The position numbers and the translations under genes are program-made. A DNA stretch of 64,000 bases from Candidatus Bathyarchaeota archaeon. Its GTDB lineage: Archaea; Thermoproteota; Bathyarchaeia; 40CM-2-53-6. Positions within the stretch are counted from its first letter, which is position 1, and every line of letters begins with the position of its first letter. Shown here piece after piece: positions 39,217 through 49,901 of the stretch. The stretch is from the NCBI GenBank assembly GCA_963726255.1, contig CAVSBL010000002.1, positions 320,001 through 384,000 on the forward strand. The letters run 5' to 3'. Below the pieces are notes generated by a model. The model worked only from the letters and a program-made list of their open reading frames with translations, was not told where the DNA came from and made no database searches.

Positions 39217-39582
39217 ATGAGTGAGAAAGATACCGAGGCATTAGGCTTAGAGGAACCGCTTGACAGGAAGAAGCTGCTCGACTACATGCGGAAATTCAGC
39301 ATCATGCCTTATTGGACTGAAGACCGTGGGTTGACCTTCAGACCACATATCGGCATGGACGCAAGGCGGAGGTTTCAGGAGGTTCTGCATCTCCACGGCA
39401 AGGAAGACGTGCAACGTCTCAGGATCGAATTGAGAGTCTCTGTCTCGAGACAACAAAGGAGTGCAGTAGAAGACGACCAAGCCGATTTGAAGGAAGACGA
39501 AATTGAAAATGAGGTCGAAAAGAAGACGGAAGCGCGCAAACGAACTCGTGGTCCGTATCGAAAATCAGCCTCTTTCCCGTAG
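39217..39582 (+). CDS. Hypothetical protein
   Basis: Co-oriented ORF with charged C-terminus. Confidence 0.5.
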   Translation: MSEKDTEALGLEEPLDRKKLLDYMRKFSIMPYWTEDRGLTFRPHIGMDARRRFQEVLHLHGKEDVQRLRIELRVSVSRQQRSAVEDDQADLKEDEIENEVEKKTEARKRTRGPYRKSASFP

Positions 39583-39718
39583 TCTTTCCTGTAATCGATT
39601 TGAGGTGTGAACTTGGGCTCTACAAGTAGTTATTTAGTAGGATACAAATCCTGATTGGCAGAAGAGGGACACAGACTTGCGTCCGCAGAGAAAAATTCGA
39701 TTGAAATTCGACGAACAG

Positions 39719-39979
39719 ATGCAATTTGACAGGGTGTTCAAGTGGATACTTGTCGCGGTGGACGGATCTGAGAGCTCCTTCAGAGCAGCAAGGGTTGCGG
39801 CCAGACTGGCAAAACGCAATGAAGCGGAATTGCTAGTTGTTTCCGCGATTCAAAGACCAGCATATCCGTTCATGCAGAGTCCCACAGAGGCCCTCTTTCC
39901 CGCGGTTGCCGGGCTGCAGGACTACTACAGATATGCCTCGAAGAATGCGGACGTGTGGATGGTCAGAGAGCGCCTTTAG
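39719..39979 (+). pseudogene. Truncated universal stress protein
   Basis: ILVAVDGS..AARLAKRNEAEL resembles 34560..35054; C-terminal GxRG/LLGS half is absent. Confidence 0.75.
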
Positions 39980-40200
39980 AGCTTCCAGGGCCAAGCGCAA
40001 CCTAGCGGCCTTCGGACATCATTTCCAAAGCGTTTTCCGGAAGCTTAAGATTCGATTGGGCGTTCGTGAAATGAGGATGTCGTTAAGCTGACCATGGTTC
40101 TTACTAGTGTTAACCGCAGAATGATTCCATGGTCCCTGGGCAGGCAATGAGTGGCGCGACTAAGCATTCAAAAGGCGCGACGGGGCCTCTATTGTAACGT

Positions 40201-40629
40201 GTGGTCAGTGTGAAATTCCATTTCTGGCGGAAACGCAAACGTTCAGAGAAGCGCCGCGGTTTGAAACGAATTGACCCACTGAAGCAGGCCTGCATAGACC
40301 TTCGTAGACCTGAACTGTATGAGCCCTTGAGTCGAGTTTTGATAGCCAATCCGAGAATAGCTGAGAGGTATTTTGGCGATGTCTTGAAGAGGCGTCGTTA
40401 TCGTACGGCAGCAGGAGTAATGCTTTACCGGTCCAATCTCAAAGAAGCAAAACGATACTTCGGGATGGCACTCAAGGCCTCGCAAAGTGATGCGGCAAAG
40501 CAGCGATTGACGGTTTCCCTACAAAATCTTTCGACTGTAGCAAAGATTGCGAGAAGGTTTTGGGAATTAACCGGGAAATACAAGCCCAAGGAGAGGCCAC
40601 GGCTGAAGCATCGAAGGAAACCTCAATGA
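40201..40629 (+). CDS. Hypothetical basic protein
   Basis: 142-aa ORF, likely helical. Confidence 0.5.
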   Translation: MVSVKFHFWRKRKRSEKRRGLKRIDPLKQACIDLRRPELYEPLSRVLIANPRIAERYFGDVLKRRRYRTAAGVMLYRSNLKEAKRYFGMALKASQSDAAKQRLTVSLQNLSTVAKIARRFWELTGKYKPKERPRLKHRRKPQ

Positions 40630-40796
40630 ACGTTGCTAGTTTTGTAAGTATGCTTCAAGAGCTCTCTATCAAGTGCCATGCTATCAACATTGTGAGCAAT
40701 CGAATAAAAGGGTGGGAGAAGATTAGAAGTTGGAATCTAAAGACGGCTAGTACAGTATAGTCGTCTTCAATTCGTACCCGCACCAGAAAAAGACGG

Positions 40797-41003
40797 TTAA
40801 TTTCTTGGGTCTTTAGTGTTCTTGTTGATGATATACGCAGCTATCGCAAAGATTGGCGACAATACGACCGCCGCCACGACAATGTAGAATGAGGTCTTAT
40901 CTATCGTTGGATAAACGAATAGAATTGTAATTCCGCCTGCAACTATCACGCCCACTATCACACTCGTGCTGCTTGAGGATCGTTGCAGACTCATACGTTG
41001 CAC
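40797..41003 (-). CDS. Small 2-TM protein, paralog of 30377..30658
   Basis: GGITILFVYPTIDKTSFY...VLSPIF. Confidence 0.7.
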   Translation of the reverse strand: MQRMSLQRSSSSTSVIVGVIVAGGITILFVYPTIDKTSFYIVVAAVVLSPIFAIAAYIINKNTKDPRN

Positions 41004-41031
41004 CCGACCTAGAGGAACCTCAGCATCGTTA

Positions 41032-41045
41032 TACTGATATCAGTA
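41032..41045. promoter_or_regulatory. Perfect 14-bp palindrome, putative operator
   Basis: TACTGATATCAGTA. Confidence 0.55.
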
Positions 41046-41280
41046 CATGATCAGACCTCGAAGACGTCATATTGACATGTCGGGGGGGGGCGACGGTTAT
41101 TCCCCAAGCTTGTTTAGGTAAACTCAATTCAACGATTACTGGAATCGAAACAAGCGTCTTCGTGCGTAGTATCGGTGCCGTGCATACACACAGATAAAAC
41201 CAATTATGCCGATGCTAATAGGGACAAGATAAGGGGAGAGGGGCAAAGGCGCGGGCACTTATGGCCGAAGGAACGAAGAA

Positions 41281-43071
41281 ATGACTACGCGACTACGGAG
41301 TCTTGATTCACGTTCCGGCCTTCTCTATCTAAGAAAGTGGACTGTAGTATCGATTGCCACTGGTATAGTTGCGGGTCTCGGCGCGTTGGCTCTGATTCAG
41401 GGGATTGATTTCTTCACGAAACTTTTCCTCGTAACGATGGCGGGGTATACTCCACCGTTACCCGGTGGCGAGACACAAGCGCGCTTAACAACCGTAGTCA
41501 TCACGCGGCCCTGGCTAATACCCATCTCCACCACTCTCGGAGGATTGGTTAGTGGCCTAATAGTTGCTAGGCTTGCACCTGAAGCCAAAGGCGTTGGAAC
41601 TGATGCCGCGATAGGCGAATTTCACAAGGGACACGCTCTGATTCGGACTCGCGTACCACTCGTTAAACTCCTCACCTCGGCCATCACGATAGGCTCAGGA
41701 GGGACTTCCGGCCGTGAAGGGCCCATCGCTCAGATAGGCGCTGGTCTAGGTACGCAGATTGCTAAGGCATTCAAGCTCACGGAGCGAGAGAGGAGAATCG
41801 CTCTTGCAGCCGGACTAGGGGCGGGTATTGCTGCGATCTTCAAGGCCCCATTGGCCGGGGCAATTCTCAGTGGTGAGATATTCTACAAGCATGATTTTGA
41901 AGCTGAAGCCATGATTCCGGGATTCGTAGCTTCAACAGTGAGCTATTCGGTCGTCGGTTTCGTGACCGGTTGGCAACCGATCTTCAGCACCGGAGTCAAC
42001 CCCATCGCCTTCACACATCCAGAAGCGCTACTTCTCTACGGGATTTTGGGTGTCGTGTGCGCCGCGTTCGCTCACTTACTCTTCAAAGTCTACTTCCGAG
42101 TTAATGACATGTTTGAGAAACTCCGGATACCTGGCTTCGTGAAACCAGCGATCGGCGGACTCATAGTAGGAGTGATCGGCATTTTCGCGCCTTCTGTTCT
42201 GGGCGTAGGTTACGGCTGGGCGCAGTTTGCTCTCAACCAGAATTACCAGATCCTACCCCCAATGATGATTCTCCTGGCGGTTTTCGCCGAGATATTTGCC
42301 ATGTCATTTACGTTGGGTTCAGGGGGCAGTGGGGGGATCTTCGGGCCCTGCGTGGTAACTGGAACGATGATTGGCAGTGTCTTCGGTTACTATGCGCAAC
42401 AAATGTTCCCAGGGACAGTGACGAACCCTTCGAACTTCGCCATAGTTGGGATGATGGCGTTCTTTGGTAGTGCTGCAAAGTCGCCCTTGGCTGTGATCGT
42501 GATGATTGCTGAGATGACTGGGGGTTATGGGCTTCTCGCACCATCCATGGTCGCTGTGGTCGTTGCGTATTTGCTTACGGGAAGTCTGAGCGTGTTCTAC
42601 AATCAAGTGGAGAGCGTGGAGGATTCTCCAGCACACCTTGAGGAATATGAGACATTAGCCCTGAAGAGAATCATGGTCGCCGACATTATGACGAAAAACG
42701 TGCAATCAGTGAAGCCAACCACGAACATCAAGATTGCCCAGGATTTGATGGAGGTGGACCTTGTAGGCGGATTGCCGGTGGTGTCCAATGCACAGTTGGT
42801 AGGGATGGTCACTCGAACAGACCTACTCAAAGTTGAACCTTCGAAACGCGCAGAGAAAACAGTGGGCGATGTTATGAGCACACGTTTAGTCCTCGCATAT
42901 CCGGAGGAAGACCTGTTTTCAGCTTTGACGAGAATGATGACTAAAGGGGTAGGCAGACTTCCGGTCGTTTCACATGAAAACCGCGAAGCAATGATCGGCA
43001 TAATCGCGCGCACTGACATTGCAAAGGCAATTGAAACACATCGTTCCACGCAGGACCCTGTCAGTGAGTGA
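41281..43071 (+). CDS. CLC-family anion channel/transporter with CBS pair
   Basis: GVGTD, GREGP, FKAPLAG, GGIFGP, C-terminal CBS pair. Confidence 0.93.
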   Translation: MTTRLRSLDSRSGLLYLRKWTVVSIATGIVAGLGALALIQGIDFFTKLFLVTMAGYTPPLPGGETQARLTTVVITRPWLIPISTTLGGLVSGLIVARLAPEAKGVGTDAAIGEFHKGHALIRTRVPLVKLLTSAITIGSGGTSGREGPIAQIGAGLGTQIAKAFKLTERERRIALAAGLGAGIAAIFKAPLAGAILSGEIFYKHDFEAEAMIPGFVASTVSYSVVGFVTGWQPIFSTGVNPIAFTHPEALLLYGILGVVCAAFAHLLFKVYFRVNDMFEKLRIPGFVKPAIGGLIVGVIGIFAPSVLGVGYGWAQFALNQNYQILPPMMILLAVFAEIFAMSFTLGSGGSGGIFGPCVVTGTMIGSVFGYYAQQMFPGTVTNPSNFAIVGMMAFFGSAAKSPLAVIVMIAEMTGGYGLLAPSMVAVVVAYLLTGSLSVFYNQVESVEDSPAHLEEYETLALKRIMVADIMTKNVQSVKPTTNIKIAQDLMEVDLVGGLPVVSNAQLVGMVTRTDLLKVEPSKRAEKTVGDVMSTRLVLAYPEEDLFSALTRMMTKGVGRLPVVSHENREAMIGIIARTDIAKAIETHRSTQDPVSE

Positions 43072-43073
43072 GC

Positions 43074-43469
43074 TCACTGAGGGCAGTTAACCAGTTGATC
43101 CGCGAGCTTCTCTGTTTCCGCGCATACTTCATCAATAGTCCATTTGTGAAGAGGCAACTCGTTGGGGCGGGCTGGGTGTGACCTTTCAAGTTTCCATTCT
43201 CCTCGGCGTGTGTGGTCTGAGGGATGGGCGCAATGGAATCCGAACCACCACAAATCTGTGTTCTTCCAGATTGAATCCTCTGAACCCTGTTTCGCGAATG
43301 TTAAGCCTCCATGAACATCAACCTTTACAATGCTGTGGTCTTTGCCCCAACCCGGATGCCCTCTTGGTACAGCAACATATCCTGAAAACCATTCTTCAAC
43401 AAATTCTTGGTCAAATGCAACGAGGCATTTGAGTCCCCGATGCTCCCATTCCCTTTCGACGACGCGCAT
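43074..43469 (-). CDS. Hypothetical protein
   Basis: GYV..P..HP...VHGGLTF...WWFGFHCAH pattern. Confidence 0.65.
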   Translation of the reverse strand: MRVVEREWEHRGLKCLVAFDQEFVEEWFSGYVAVPRGHPGWGKDHSIVKVDVHGGLTFAKQGSEDSIWKNTDLWWFGFHCAHPSDHTRRGEWKLERSHPARPNELPLHKWTIDEVCAETEKLADQLVNCPQ

Positions 43470-43655
43470 TACAGTCGACCTCGAATTGGTCTTGCTTGCC
43501 CTTTTGCGAGTTCACTAGAAAAGTCTTCGACTCTAGATAATCATGCGGGTTAGTCAAGTAAGGTATATACTCTTGCCAGACCATACGCGAGGTGCGTTGT
43601 TCATCCTACGCGTCCCGTGTTCCTTCGCACAATGGGATTACCACAAAAGGGGTAG

Positions 43656-44855
43656 TTGTGTATGATTGAATCTTCCACGTTCCCCCCATTGACCGTTGTG
43701 CTAATTGTCATTGTTCTGTCGTTCCTAGGAGCCATTCTGAGCGAGAAAATTAGAGTTTCCTACACGACGGTCATGATATCGATTGGGCTTGCACTGTCAT
43801 TTCTGAGGATCGCAGGCGGGCTTAACACTATCCCGCTTGACCGAAGCCTCATACTTGGCGTAATTGTGCCACCGCTGATTTTTGAGGCTGCCATGAGGAC
43901 ACGTTACGAGGTCTTTAGAACTGTCAGAATGACGGTTGTGCTCCTCGCGATCCTGGGTGTTATAATCTCCGCTCTCCTTAGCGGGTTTGTTCTGTCCGTC
44001 GCCTTAGGCTTGCCCCTCATCGTTGCACTGACTTTCGGTGTCATAGTGTCACCCACCGACCCCGTTTCAGTCGTCAATATTTTGAAGCGAACGAAGGCCC
44101 CTGAGCGACTGACTACGATCTTGGAAACAGAAGCCTATTTCAACGATGCAACGGCCGTGATCTTGTACCCTATTGCCATCTCTCTGACTTTCAACCCGAT
44201 TCAGAGCGTGAGCCTATTCGCTTACACTTTTGGCGGCGGCATACTTGTCGGCTTATTAGTATCCGGGATTGCCGAGGTTCTGTATCGGCTCATAACCGAA
44301 CCCTTGGCGGAAACGTACTTCACTATAGCTGTTATGTTCGGGTCGTATGCGTTCGCCGAAAGTATTGGAGTTTCAGGACTTGTGGCCGTAGCCATCGCAG
44401 GCATATACATGGGGAATCGAACAATGAGAATCGCCATGTCTGCGGAAACACGAACAACGATGACGAAGTTCTGGGAGGTAGCGACGTTCATGGTTACTTC
44501 TTTCGCATTCTTGCTTTTGGGCCTCAAGTCCGATTTCTCACTGCTCGTTACCTACGCGCCTTTCATCGTAGCTGCGTTCGTAGTCATACTTCTAGCAAGA
44601 GTTGCCAGCGTCTATCCAATCGTGGGCTTGGCTAGAGTCATCGGAGAGAATATTCCAAATTCGTGGACTAAGGTCCTAGCTGGGGCTGGGCTGCGCGGAG
44701 CCGTTTCGGTTGCTCTGGCATTATCGATCCCTGAGAATTTTCCCTATAGGGCAATCATAATAGCTTTGACTTTCGGCGTCGCACTGCTCTCACTCATCCT
44801 CCAGGGAGAACTCCTCTCGATATACCTGAGAAAATCGAGGCTGCAGCACAGGTAG
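43656..44855 (+). CDS. CPA1/NhaP cation:proton antiporter
   Basis: PPLIFEAA, SPTDP, EAYFND, GLRGAVS. Confidence 0.92.
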   Translation: MCMIESSTFPPLTVVLIVIVLSFLGAILSEKIRVSYTTVMISIGLALSFLRIAGGLNTIPLDRSLILGVIVPPLIFEAAMRTRYEVFRTVRMTVVLLAILGVIISALLSGFVLSVALGLPLIVALTFGVIVSPTDPVSVVNILKRTKAPERLTTILETEAYFNDATAVILYPIAISLTFNPIQSVSLFAYTFGGGILVGLLVSGIAEVLYRLITEPLAETYFTIAVMFGSYAFAESIGVSGLVAVAIAGIYMGNRTMRIAMSAETRTTMTKFWEVATFMVTSFAFLLLGLKSDFSLLVTYAPFIVAAFVVILLARVASVYPIVGLARVIGENIPNSWTKVLAGAGLRGAVSVALALSIPENFPYRAIIIALTFGVALLSLILQGELLSIYLRKSRLQHR

Positions 44856-44994
44856 TTGCAGGCGATTGTGAATTGGTCAGCGATCTCTCAAACGCTCTAT
44901 TGATTTGCGTTGGAGGGGCCTTAGTCCTAAATACATCTGACCTAATGGCGCGGGAAACCGTTATTATGATCCCAAACCTTGGGCGTGGAGGAGA

Positions 44995-45276
44995 TTGCAC
45001 TTGAAGTTCTCCGAACTGACGAAAATGCTAGTATATGGTAGAGGTATGAAGCGTATTGGCAAGGTCGTAGATATGGAATTCAATCTAGAAAACCGGTTGA
45101 TCAAACACTTGATCGTCAAGGTTGATGGCGATGACGCAAAGAAAGCTTGGAAAGGAAGGCTACATTTGCGTTCCCCCAAGATATTGATCCCAGCTGAATT
45201 TGTATCGGGGGTGAAAGACGCGATTTTGCTTCAGCGTAGTTTAGAAGAAATGAGGGACAGTGTCAAGAAAGCATAG
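44995..45276 (+). CDS. PRC-barrel domain protein
   Basis: VY...G.RIGKVVDMEFN...IP...V..VKD.ILL. Confidence 0.75.
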   Translation: MHLKFSELTKMLVYGRGMKRIGKVVDMEFNLENRLIKHLIVKVDGDDAKKAWKGRLHLRSPKILIPAEFVSGVKDAILLQRSLEEMRDSVKKA

Positions 45277-45388
45277 ACATTTCGCATTTCTGCGCCGCTG
45301 CGCCTACATGCGACGACCATAGTCTCCGACCCATCCAAAACATTGTTAATAGACGGCCTCGATAGGCTTCATTTCACCGTGGTCGTCG

Positions 45389-46486
45389 ATGGCTACTTTC
45401 GAAACTTATGTTCTCGTGGCCCTGTTCGTGCTGGTCACGCTGGTTCTAGCGAAGCTTAGCACTCGATTTGTAAAGCGTCTAACCCAGAAGCTTGTTCTGC
45501 GGGGAAAACTGCCATCCAATCTTGCCGAGTTCACAGGGTCACTAATTCGTGGCGCGATCTGGGTAGTCGCAGCGTTGTTCATCGCCGCGGAAATCTCAGT
45601 GACATTGGAGTTACAGGGATTCATAATTGACTCAATTTCACTATTTCTAAGTGTGAACGCTGGTCGCATTGGTGTAATGCTGATCATAGTGATCGGCGGC
45701 TACGTAGTTCTTAGGATTTTTGGCATTGTCTTCTCTGAGTATCGGAGACATACGAAGCTTGCTCCGATGACTGTCGACCTCTTCCAAAGCGTCGCGCGAT
45801 ACTTGGTTTACGCAATAATCGCTGTAATGTTGCTCACGAATCTATTGGTAATGGCTGGCCTGCAGACCCTCGCCGGGACACTGGTGACACTATTCGCAGT
45901 CTTTATTGGGTTAGTGGTTTCGTTCGCGGCCACCGGGTCTATTGGAAATGCTCTCTCGGGTCTAGTGGTCATGTCGTGGCGTCCTTACAAGGATGGCGAT
46001 CGAGTTGAGGTGGGAGGCAGCGTTTATGGAGACGTGCTAGAGGTGGACGTAATGTTCACTCAGATCAAGACGATCAAAAACGAGGTCGTCCACGTTCCTA
46101 ACTCACAAGTCTTAGCTAACAAGATTGTGAACTATTCCAAGCTGCCTAAAGTAATAGTGCACCAAGAGGTCACGATTAGTTATGACGTCCCCCATGCGCA
46201 TGTTGAGCAGCTGCTGCTGGACGCGGTTGACGTAAACGATGGTCTTCTTGCCGAGCCCAAACCATTTGTACTAATCAGGAATCTGGACAATAATTATGTA
46301 GCATACGAAATCAATGCGTACACTGATAAACCAAACGAGCTGATCACGACATATTCAAGGCTGATGCAGAGAATTCTAGACAGATTCAATGAAGCGGGCG
46401 TGGAAATCTTATCGCCACAGCATGTTGCGGTTCGCAGATCAAACCTCACGATCAACAAAGCACGTAAAAACATGAAACGCAAATGA
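45389..46486 (+). CDS. MscS-family mechanosensitive channel
   Basis: GNALSG..RPYKDGDRV, VPNS, VNYS. Confidence 0.9.
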   Translation: MATFETYVLVALFVLVTLVLAKLSTRFVKRLTQKLVLRGKLPSNLAEFTGSLIRGAIWVVAALFIAAEISVTLELQGFIIDSISLFLSVNAGRIGVMLIIVIGGYVVLRIFGIVFSEYRRHTKLAPMTVDLFQSVARYLVYAIIAVMLLTNLLVMAGLQTLAGTLVTLFAVFIGLVVSFAATGSIGNALSGLVVMSWRPYKDGDRVEVGGSVYGDVLEVDVMFTQIKTIKNEVVHVPNSQVLANKIVNYSKLPKVIVHQEVTISYDVPHAHVEQLLLDAVDVNDGLLAEPKPFVLIRNLDNNYVAYEINAYTDKPNELITTYSRLMQRILDRFNEAGVEILSPQHVAVRRSNLTINKARKNMKRK

Positions 46487-46498
46487 CTTGGGGATCGG

Positions 46499-47131
46499 AT
46501 GCCTCAGACTTCGAAAGTTCGTAGTCCTCGCCCTAGGATTGAAGGACTCGCTGACCTTGTTTTCGGACTATCCCTCGGCTTAGGCTCTCTATCTCTAGTC
46601 GTAAGTCCACCGAGCAGTATTTCTGAAGTTAACAGTCACATATTGATTTTTGTCTTCACGTTCTTGATCCTGATTACTATATGGATTAACTACACAGCTT
46701 CCATGTCCGTGTTGCCAGTCGAGACGAGGCTGGTCATAGTGCTTAATGTTATGGTGCTGCTTTTAGTGGCACTTGTTCCGTTCCTGTTGAATGCCGTGGA
46801 GCTCTCCAATGGTTCACTTACGGTGGCGAGAAACCTTGAAATCCGCAACTATGCCGCCACACTATTTACCATCGATCTCTTCGGACTGCTGCTAATACTT
46901 GGATTGTTCTACCAAATCCTGGAGCAGAACGAAGCAAAATTGCGTGGCTCACAACTGTTGAGGCTTTACAAAAACGGCCGAAATCTAATGTTGATCTTGG
47001 CCGGAATCATGCTCCTCTCAGCCGCGCCTATCTTCTCCGAAACCATTCTGGGCAACCCAGTAAGGGTGTACCTATGGTACGTCCCGATCATACTTTTTTG
47101 GCTGAGACGATTAACTGGATTTCGTTTCTAG
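46499..47131 (+). CDS. TMEM175/DUF1211-family K+ channel
   Basis: RIEGLADLVFG, TF....IW..Y, LN...L..V...PF. Confidence 0.78.
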   Translation: MPQTSKVRSPRPRIEGLADLVFGLSLGLGSLSLVVSPPSSISEVNSHILIFVFTFLILITIWINYTASMSVLPVETRLVIVLNVMVLLLVALVPFLLNAVELSNGSLTVARNLEIRNYAATLFTIDLFGLLLILGLFYQILEQNEAKLRGSQLLRLYKNGRNLMLILAGIMLLSAAPIFSETILGNPVRVYLWYVPIILFWLRRLTGFRF

Positions 47132-47236
47132 GTAGTGTACCCCAATGCTTGCATTTGGTAGATGGCCGTTGGGTAGTTGATTAGCCCCACAAATCTGCGC
47201 AAAGGGATTTCCCGTTTGCTGGTTCGGGTCGGGCAT

Positions 47237-47566
47237 TTAGCTAACGGTTTTGCATGAATATTCAGCCGTTCTTGAGTCGTCCTTGACGGTGTATGAAAAT
47301 TCGTAGATTAAATTCAAGAGGGGTAAGTGAACATGGGGTAAGGTGCATACCCACGTTCCATTCGCCCGCCGAACACATTTCATTTCATTCAGATTCAATT
47401 CGCCGCGATCGAGAGCCCGAACTCCGGCAGTATGCTCCGCGTCAGCATGCGATTCTTTGAATGCCGCGATGGCGCTTTCAACTGCTTCCTTTTCAGATAT
47501 CAATCTCATACGCCATCGGTCCCTAGTCTCAGCGATGCTTTGAAGGTTTGGATTGAGCGTCGTCAT
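47237..47566 (-). CDS. Hypothetical protein
   Basis: 109-aa ORF only. Confidence 0.45.
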   Translation of the reverse strand: MTTLNPNLQSIAETRDRWRMRLISEKEAVESAIAAFKESHADAEHTAGVRALDRGELNLNEMKCVRRANGTWVCTLPHVHLPLLNLIYEFSYTVKDDSRTAEYSCKTVS

Positions 47567-47876
47567 CTGCTATTCGTTGCTCCCCAGCGCCTTATCGAGA
47601 TTGACTGGTGCGCTGAGTATCGCGAAGTGAATGCTGGGGGTAAGTTGCCCAGTGCGTTCCCTCAAGACGCGCAGGTCCTTTGGAGTGGGCTTAGGTAGGA
47701 CATTTCGGGGTCGCTAGAATCCTCGAGAGCTCTTTTGTAACTCACCGAAATTCATCGGTCAGTCACGACGTTTTGCCGATCACCGCCTCGCTTTCTTAGC
47801 GTAATTGTCTTAAGTGCAGGACTGTCTGGGTGAGCGTGGAATTCCAGAACAACGTATCCAATTGGAGAAGAAACGA

Positions 47877-48839
47877 TTGAAGAAGATAGCCGTGGTCACA
47901 ACGGGCGGAGACGCGCCTGGTATGAATGCTGCCATCCGAGGCGTTGTCCGAATCGCCTCTTCAAAGAAGTTTCGAGTTCTGGGATTCAGGAGAGGATGGG
48001 AGGGCTTGATTACAAATACGTTTACACCTTTGACTCCTCGATCAGTTGGAGGCATTCTACACGAAGGTGGTACAATGCTGCATACATCAAGATGTCCGGA
48101 GTTCGAGAAGAAGGAAGGGATCAAGAAAGCTACAGAAACCCTCGTATCGAATCATATTGATGGACTGGTAGTCATAGGCGGTAACGGCTCTTTTAGGGGT
48201 GCTCTGGAGTTAAGCAGATACACGGATACACTCATAGTTGGAGTCCCTGCGTCAATCGACAATGATGTTTTTGGAACAGATGAAACGATAGGTTTCGACA
48301 CGGCTGTAAATACAGCAGTCGCCGAAATCGATAAGATCCGAGACACAGCGGTTTCCCATGAGAGAGTTTTCATGATTGAAGTGATGGGACGAGAAAGGGG
48401 TTTTCTCGCTCTGGAGATCGGCCTCAGCGTTGGCGCGGAAATAATTCTGCTTCCTGAAGTGAACTATCGAAAGGAGAACCTGTTCGATATCGTAAGAGAA
48501 AACATAGCCAAAGGGAAGAAGTCTGGCCTGATCGTAGCGGCTGAAGGAATAGGGGACACACGCGTCCTTGCAGGGCAGATCCAGCGAAACACACACACAG
48601 AAGTCAGACTGAGCATCATAGGCTATGCTCAAAGAGGTGGGAACCCAACGGCGAGGAGCCGGCTCTTGGCGAGTTTATTCGCAAACCGAGCAGTTGAGCT
48701 ATTGTCAAAGAAAGAGGGAAGCAGAGTAGTCGGATTGCAGCGTGGCAGAATTGGATGTGTTGAGCTCAAGAAATCATGCAAGACAGAGAAGGCTTTGGAT
48801 CCAAACCTACTTAGGCTGGCTAATCTACTTGCAACGTGA
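47877..48839 (+). CDS. pfkA: PfkA-family 6-phosphofructokinase, predicted ATP-dependent
   Basis: GGDAPGMNA, GGNGS, PASIDND, EVMGR, QRGG. Confidence 0.93.
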   Translation: MKKIAVVTTGGDAPGMNAAIRGVVRIASSKKFRVLGFRRGWEGLITNTFTPLTPRSVGGILHEGGTMLHTSRCPEFEKKEGIKKATETLVSNHIDGLVVIGGNGSFRGALELSRYTDTLIVGVPASIDNDVFGTDETIGFDTAVNTAVAEIDKIRDTAVSHERVFMIEVMGRERGFLALEIGLSVGAEIILLPEVNYRKENLFDIVRENIAKGKKSGLIVAAEGIGDTRVLAGQIQRNTHTEVRLSIIGYAQRGGNPTARSRLLASLFANRAVELLSKKEGSRVVGLQRGRIGCVELKKSCKTEKALDPNLLRLANLLAT

Positions 48840-48910
48840 AAGCATTGAGCCAAAGCGTGGTGGCTCGACCCAGTGATTTCGGGCGTATCCCTTGTGAATG
48901 ATGTGATGAC

Positions 48911-49834
48911 ATGAGCATCAAGCTGGTCCGAAGCCCCAACAATCCCATCATTCAACCACGGCACGGGCTGTCATGGGAAAGCATGTCTACCTCTAATCCC
49001 GGAGCAGTAAAGAGCGGTGATATCACTCACATACTCTACAGAGCGGTCAATGAACGTAACATCTCCTCCTTGGGTTATGCAACTACTGTGGATGGCGAAA
49101 CCCTTCTGGAGCGATCCGTGGAACCCGTATTCAGTCCGACCGAGCCTTGGGAGCAGCTTGGCTGTGAAGACCCACGCATTACTGCCTTTGAAGGAACATT
49201 CTACGTTTTCTATACTGCGTATTCGCGACGCGGCCCACGAATCGCCGCGGCTTCGACTAGCGACTTTAGGAGTTACATACGCTACGGAGTTGTAGGACCG
49301 GATCATGACGACAAAGATTGTGCTCTCTTCCCTGAACGTATCGGCGGAGAATTTGCCGCTGCTCACAGGATCGAGCCGAACATTGAACTCGCATTCTTCG
49401 ATAGCATCAAGAAGATTGACCGGGTTTCGCAAAACCCATACTCGAAGAACTACCTCAAACGCATACAAGCAAACGTTATCATGAAACCTGAAAGAAAATG
49501 GGAAGAGAAGAAAGTTGGAATCGGTCCACCACCCATTCGAACTGACGCGGGATGGTTAGTCATCTATCACGGCGTGGATTCGAACATTGTGTACCGTGCC
49601 GGCGCGGCACTGCTTGATCTTGAAAACCCTTGTCGAGTTATCGCGCGAACCCCAGAACCCATCCTCGAACCAGAAGAAGACTACGAGAGAATTGGGGTCG
49701 TTCCAAATGTTGTTTTCCCGGAAGGCGCGGTCGTGATGAAGGATGAGCTCCGAGTTTTCTACGGCGGGGCAGACAGGGTTTGCTGCGTCGCCAGTGTTCG
49801 GATGAAGTTGCTCATGGAATCCCTGGAAGGCTAA
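48911..49834 (+). CDS. GH130 beta-mannoside phosphorylase/glycosidase
   Basis: NPGA, CEDPRI, DDKD..LFPE, YHGV, VPNVVFP, YGGAD. Confidence 0.88.
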   Translation: MSIKLVRSPNNPIIQPRHGLSWESMSTSNPGAVKSGDITHILYRAVNERNISSLGYATTVDGETLLERSVEPVFSPTEPWEQLGCEDPRITAFEGTFYVFYTAYSRRGPRIAAASTSDFRSYIRYGVVGPDHDDKDCALFPERIGGEFAAAHRIEPNIELAFFDSIKKIDRVSQNPYSKNYLKRIQANVIMKPERKWEEKKVGIGPPPIRTDAGWLVIYHGVDSNIVYRAGAALLDLENPCRVIARTPEPILEPEEDYERIGVVPNVVFPEGAVVMKDELRVFYGGADRVCCVASVRMKLLMESLEG

Positions 49835-49901
49835 GCTGGAGATCGTGCCGGAAGTCAGTCACAATAAACGCACTGACCACACTAGCCATAAGTACTTCAT
49901 A

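Noticed and set aside
40766-40785. TTCAA...CCCGCACCA (and a similar stretch at 51388-51411) as tRNA-Leu 3' scars
   Set aside because: No pairing T-stem and wrong spacing; too weak
41082-41090. G9 homopolymer as a phase-variation switch
   Set aside because: Intergenic, not clearly within a promoter core, and its length is unreliable without reads
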